A stretch of 64,000 nt of DNA, from assembly GCF_009914755.1 (NCBI RefSeq), contig NC_060926.1. One strand, written 5' to 3'. Within the stretch, counting starts at the first letter, position 1. Each line of letters starts with the position of its first letter. This stretch comes from the human T2T-CHM13v2.0 reference genome, Homo sapiens. The position numbers and the translations under genes are program-made. The notes beneath the pieces are model-generated. The model was not told the origin of the DNA, did not search any database, and saw nothing but the letters and a program-made list of their open reading frames with translations. This document shows positions 60,681 through 64,000 of the stretch, in pieces.

Positions 60681-62129
60681 ATCTCAAATGTAATATATTC
60701 CAAGCCAAACTTCTTTTGTCTCCCACAAACCAGTTTCTTATTAAATCATCTGCCATTTAAGTAGGTGGCAAATTATCTTCCTATTTTGATCATGCCTAAA
60801 AACAATCTTAACAAAACCTTTAACTCCTCATTTTCTTTGCTACTATATTTGTAATCCATCAGTAAGTTCTTAAGACTTCTTTTTAAAAATAGTATGTATA
60901 TACATAAATATTTACATGTTATATTACCATATTGATGTTTATATGAATATGTATATGTATATGTGTATAAATTATGTTTATATTATAGACAGTGTCTCTT
61001 TGTCTAGGCTGTCTTTATCTTACTTGCATATTAATTGCCTTCATATTTGTATTCCATCCCATCCCTTACAGTTGATTTGCCACTGAACAGCCAATTATCT
61101 GGAACAGTGGCTGGTATAGAGCAGGTGCTGAGTATGCGGTACAATTGTTGAATAAATAAGTGGACTTGCCCATTAATAAATAATTTTCAAAGTATAGTAA
61201 TAGCCCAACATATATTTAAGAATTGAAAAGTACATAAAACATTATTTGGTCCCGATTCTCTTGTTCAAACTGAAATTCACAAGGGAGCTATTTAAAGATG
61301 TTAAGCAGTATAGATATATTCATCTGTGTAGAATAACCAAAAGATTTTGTAGAGGCCTAAAACATTTGTGTTTCTAAAAGTTAATTATTTATATAAACCA
61401 ATTAAAAAGTAATAATATAAATTTTCTGATTAACTACATTAAATATGTTTAACATAATTCTATATGTTCAAATATTCCTTAATTAGGGTTGGCATTAGAC
61501 ATAAGAATGATTGCTCTAAACTATGACAATGTGAATTCTAAAACATTTTACTTAGTCTGGTTCAATACCAGGTTATAGGTGACCAGAGATTTCTGAAATA
61601 ATATGGATGTAGCAATTACATATTCTTTAGACCTTCTTGATGTGGCACATTAGTATACATGAGCTTTTAAATATTCAGTTTAGTTGTGGTATCAATTAGC
61701 CAAATCTTTAGAGATTAAAATGTTATTTTTGTTGGGTTGTTGCTAAGAAATATCCATGCTAAAGACTCACTCAATACAAGTGAGAAATAAAGTTCTTTAA
61801 AAAAAGCAAGAAAACTTTTCCTTTAAAATTCCTCCTTCATTGATTGTCTAATGCAGAAAAATGCTTAATTAGCAATGAATTTATTTACTTCTTATCAAAT
61901 ACACATTAAAACATGATGATGTTAAATTCTATTCTGGGCTCCAGTTTCAATCAGAGATATATGACAGAATCCTGGTCTATGGTTTTAAGAAAAGAACACT
62001 GAGAGTAAACTTAGGATATCATGGGGCCAAGAATATTTCGAAGAAGAGAGAGACAGATGGCTCAGAAGTCCAGCTTTTATACCTTCCCTGTAGGTAGTGT
62101 GATGCCATATAATTCAGAGTGCTCATTGG

Positions 62130-62290
62130 ATATGCGGAAATGACTCATACCTAACCTTGCCTTCATCATTTCCTAACACTTTGACTTTGAGCAAGTTACA
62201 TCATCTCTGTAGACTCAAATTCTTTATCTGTAGACTAGGGATAATGATCATTATTTTTTGCTAGGATTAAATAGGTAATGTATTAAAGCT
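62130..62290 (+). mobile_element. MIR
   Basis: tgactttgagcaagttacatcatctctg...tttatctgtagactagggataat core. Confidence 0.7.
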
Positions 62291-64000
62291 TTTGGTTACA
62301 CTGGTTATGCTGAATAGATATTAGCTTTTCTGCCTTTCCCCAACCGTTGTCCTTGGAAACAAGTCCCTTGGCATGCTTCTGAGATTTTTTTGTAGGTGGT
62401 GGTGGTTGTTCCAAACTCAGGATATTCTGTGTCAAGTAACACAGCTTCACTATGTTATTTCTCCTCTCTCCTGACATTTCAAAAAAAATACTGAAAGACA
62501 CTGGAGTGATGCTTAACATGAAAGTTACTTTGGACTCTGAAGATGAAAGATCTGGTTGAGATTCCAGGTACAGCTCACCAGTTGGGTGCAAGTGGACAGA
62601 TCTGAATGTATTAACCAACTGCTGCTGAATTTCAAAACATCCACAATCCATTGAACCTTCAAGCACCTTTGCAAATGTATTTTCACTTAACTTTTTAACA
62701 TTATAGGTAATTTAAAGAAAAAATTAGTTAAGTAGTTTGAGTTTATGTTATATTATCAAATGACAGTTTTCTAAGCACTTTAAGCCATTTTGAGTTCTTC
62801 CAATATGTTTAAAAGCTTTAAAGAAAAAAAATGTATGTTTTATATTTACAGAAAAGGGGAGGACATATGTTAATAAAAGAGAATTACCCTCAGACACTCA
62901 GTTCTTAAAATACATCTGCAATGGTTCCTTTACAGTGGATCAAATGTAAAATTTGACCCTGCTGCAAAGTTAAATGCATACCTATTTTTCCAGGATGCAA
63001 AACAGAAAATATTGTATTCTTTAAAAAAAATTATTATAAGCACAAAAAGAAAATTTGAACTAGGAAAGTGAGGAGATTCCTTTAGGTAAGGAGTTTAGAA
63101 AAGGGCAAAATCTATATAAATTTAAAAACATTGAATGTAGTGGTGGGAAGATTAACAACATTCACTGTCTACTGAGTGTTTCCATGAGCCAGTCACAAGT
63201 GCTGAAGGCCTGAGCCCTTGCCCTCAGACTCCAAAACCCCTTCGTGACTCAGATGCAGAAAAAAGTAGTCCTAGCCCTATCTTTTTCTTCTTTTTTCTTT
63301 CTTCCTTTATTACTTGCTTTTTACTTTGAGATTATTTTTTCTTCAGTTCATAAATTGGAACAAATGCATTAAGGAAAGCAAACACTGAGCATTTTAGTAT
63401 AAGATGCATTCATGTTTCATGGAACCTGTTACTCTGATGGTGATTATGTTGGCTCCTCTTGAAATGGGGGCCCAGGGATGAGAGGGCCATAGTCCCCCAT
63501 CATCCCCCACAGCCCCTTCCAAAGTCATTCCCAAAGCCCATCCAGTCGAAATTAAAATAACATGTTTTTAATAAAACAGTTTCAAGACAAATCTTGTAGC
63601 CCTTCTGTCAACAAGACTGTTGCCATTAAGTCATTCTAAACTAAAACCTGTAGCACCAGCACTAGGGGGGCCAGTGTGTCACATCACAGGCATCAGGTAA
63701 ATTTTGACATGAGAAAGTTAAATAGATGAGGTGAGTTTAACTGCAGCCAGTCGCTGGCAGCTGAGCACATTTGAGAGAATCACAGCTGCCCAGAGGCTAG
63801 TCTTTCACTCAGCTACATCCTGGTCTTTATTTTTCCAAAGAGACATCACTGTAGAGATATATTACACATTATATATCTATAATTAGAGCTGTATTATACA
63901 TTATGTATTTTAGATATGCAATTCTAACAAGTCTAGCTGGGGTTGTCTGTGTACTTAATCTTAACTCCTGCTTAGGACTGGAAAACTTGATCCATTAGAT

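Noticed and set aside
62283-62666. 127-aa minus-strand ORF
   Set aside because: Non-ATG start, overlaps MIR-like remnants, no domain similarity recognised
63648-63680. CTCF-like gcactaggggggccag
   Set aside because: Six Gs break the core spacing and the leading CC is missing; the nearby CAGCTG E-boxes alone are not enough evidence

Overview
Primate (human-like) AT-rich, CpG-poor non-coding genomic DNA, i.e. gene desert or large intron. It is dominated by interspersed repeats: L1 of many ages, Alu/FLAM, L2/L3/MIR, MaLR/ERV LTRs and Tigger-family MITEs. I find no supportable host protein-coding gene, RNA gene or CRISPR array. The ORF track consists of L1 ORF2 fragments, Alu/LTR-derived frames and chance ORFs. 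I found no evidence for a new multi-gene system. The best unexplained features are: (1) a 64-bp unique segment copied (62/64 identity) from 45840-45903 into a palindromic TA minisatellite at 43067-43130; (2) a pre-miRNA-like hairpin with 27-bp arms at 17251-17310; (3) a probable 41-bp L1 3' transduction; (4) a two-LTR THE1D/MSTA provirus with a collapsed internal region and a fold-back junction; (5) two twin-primed L1 inversions; (6) a TSD-less head-to-head L1 junction suggesting a deletion; (7) a CpG-retaining unique patch with TATA/octamer/SOX motifs. Repeat subfamily calls come from recalled consensus diagnostics, not a database search, and boundaries of old elements are approximate.
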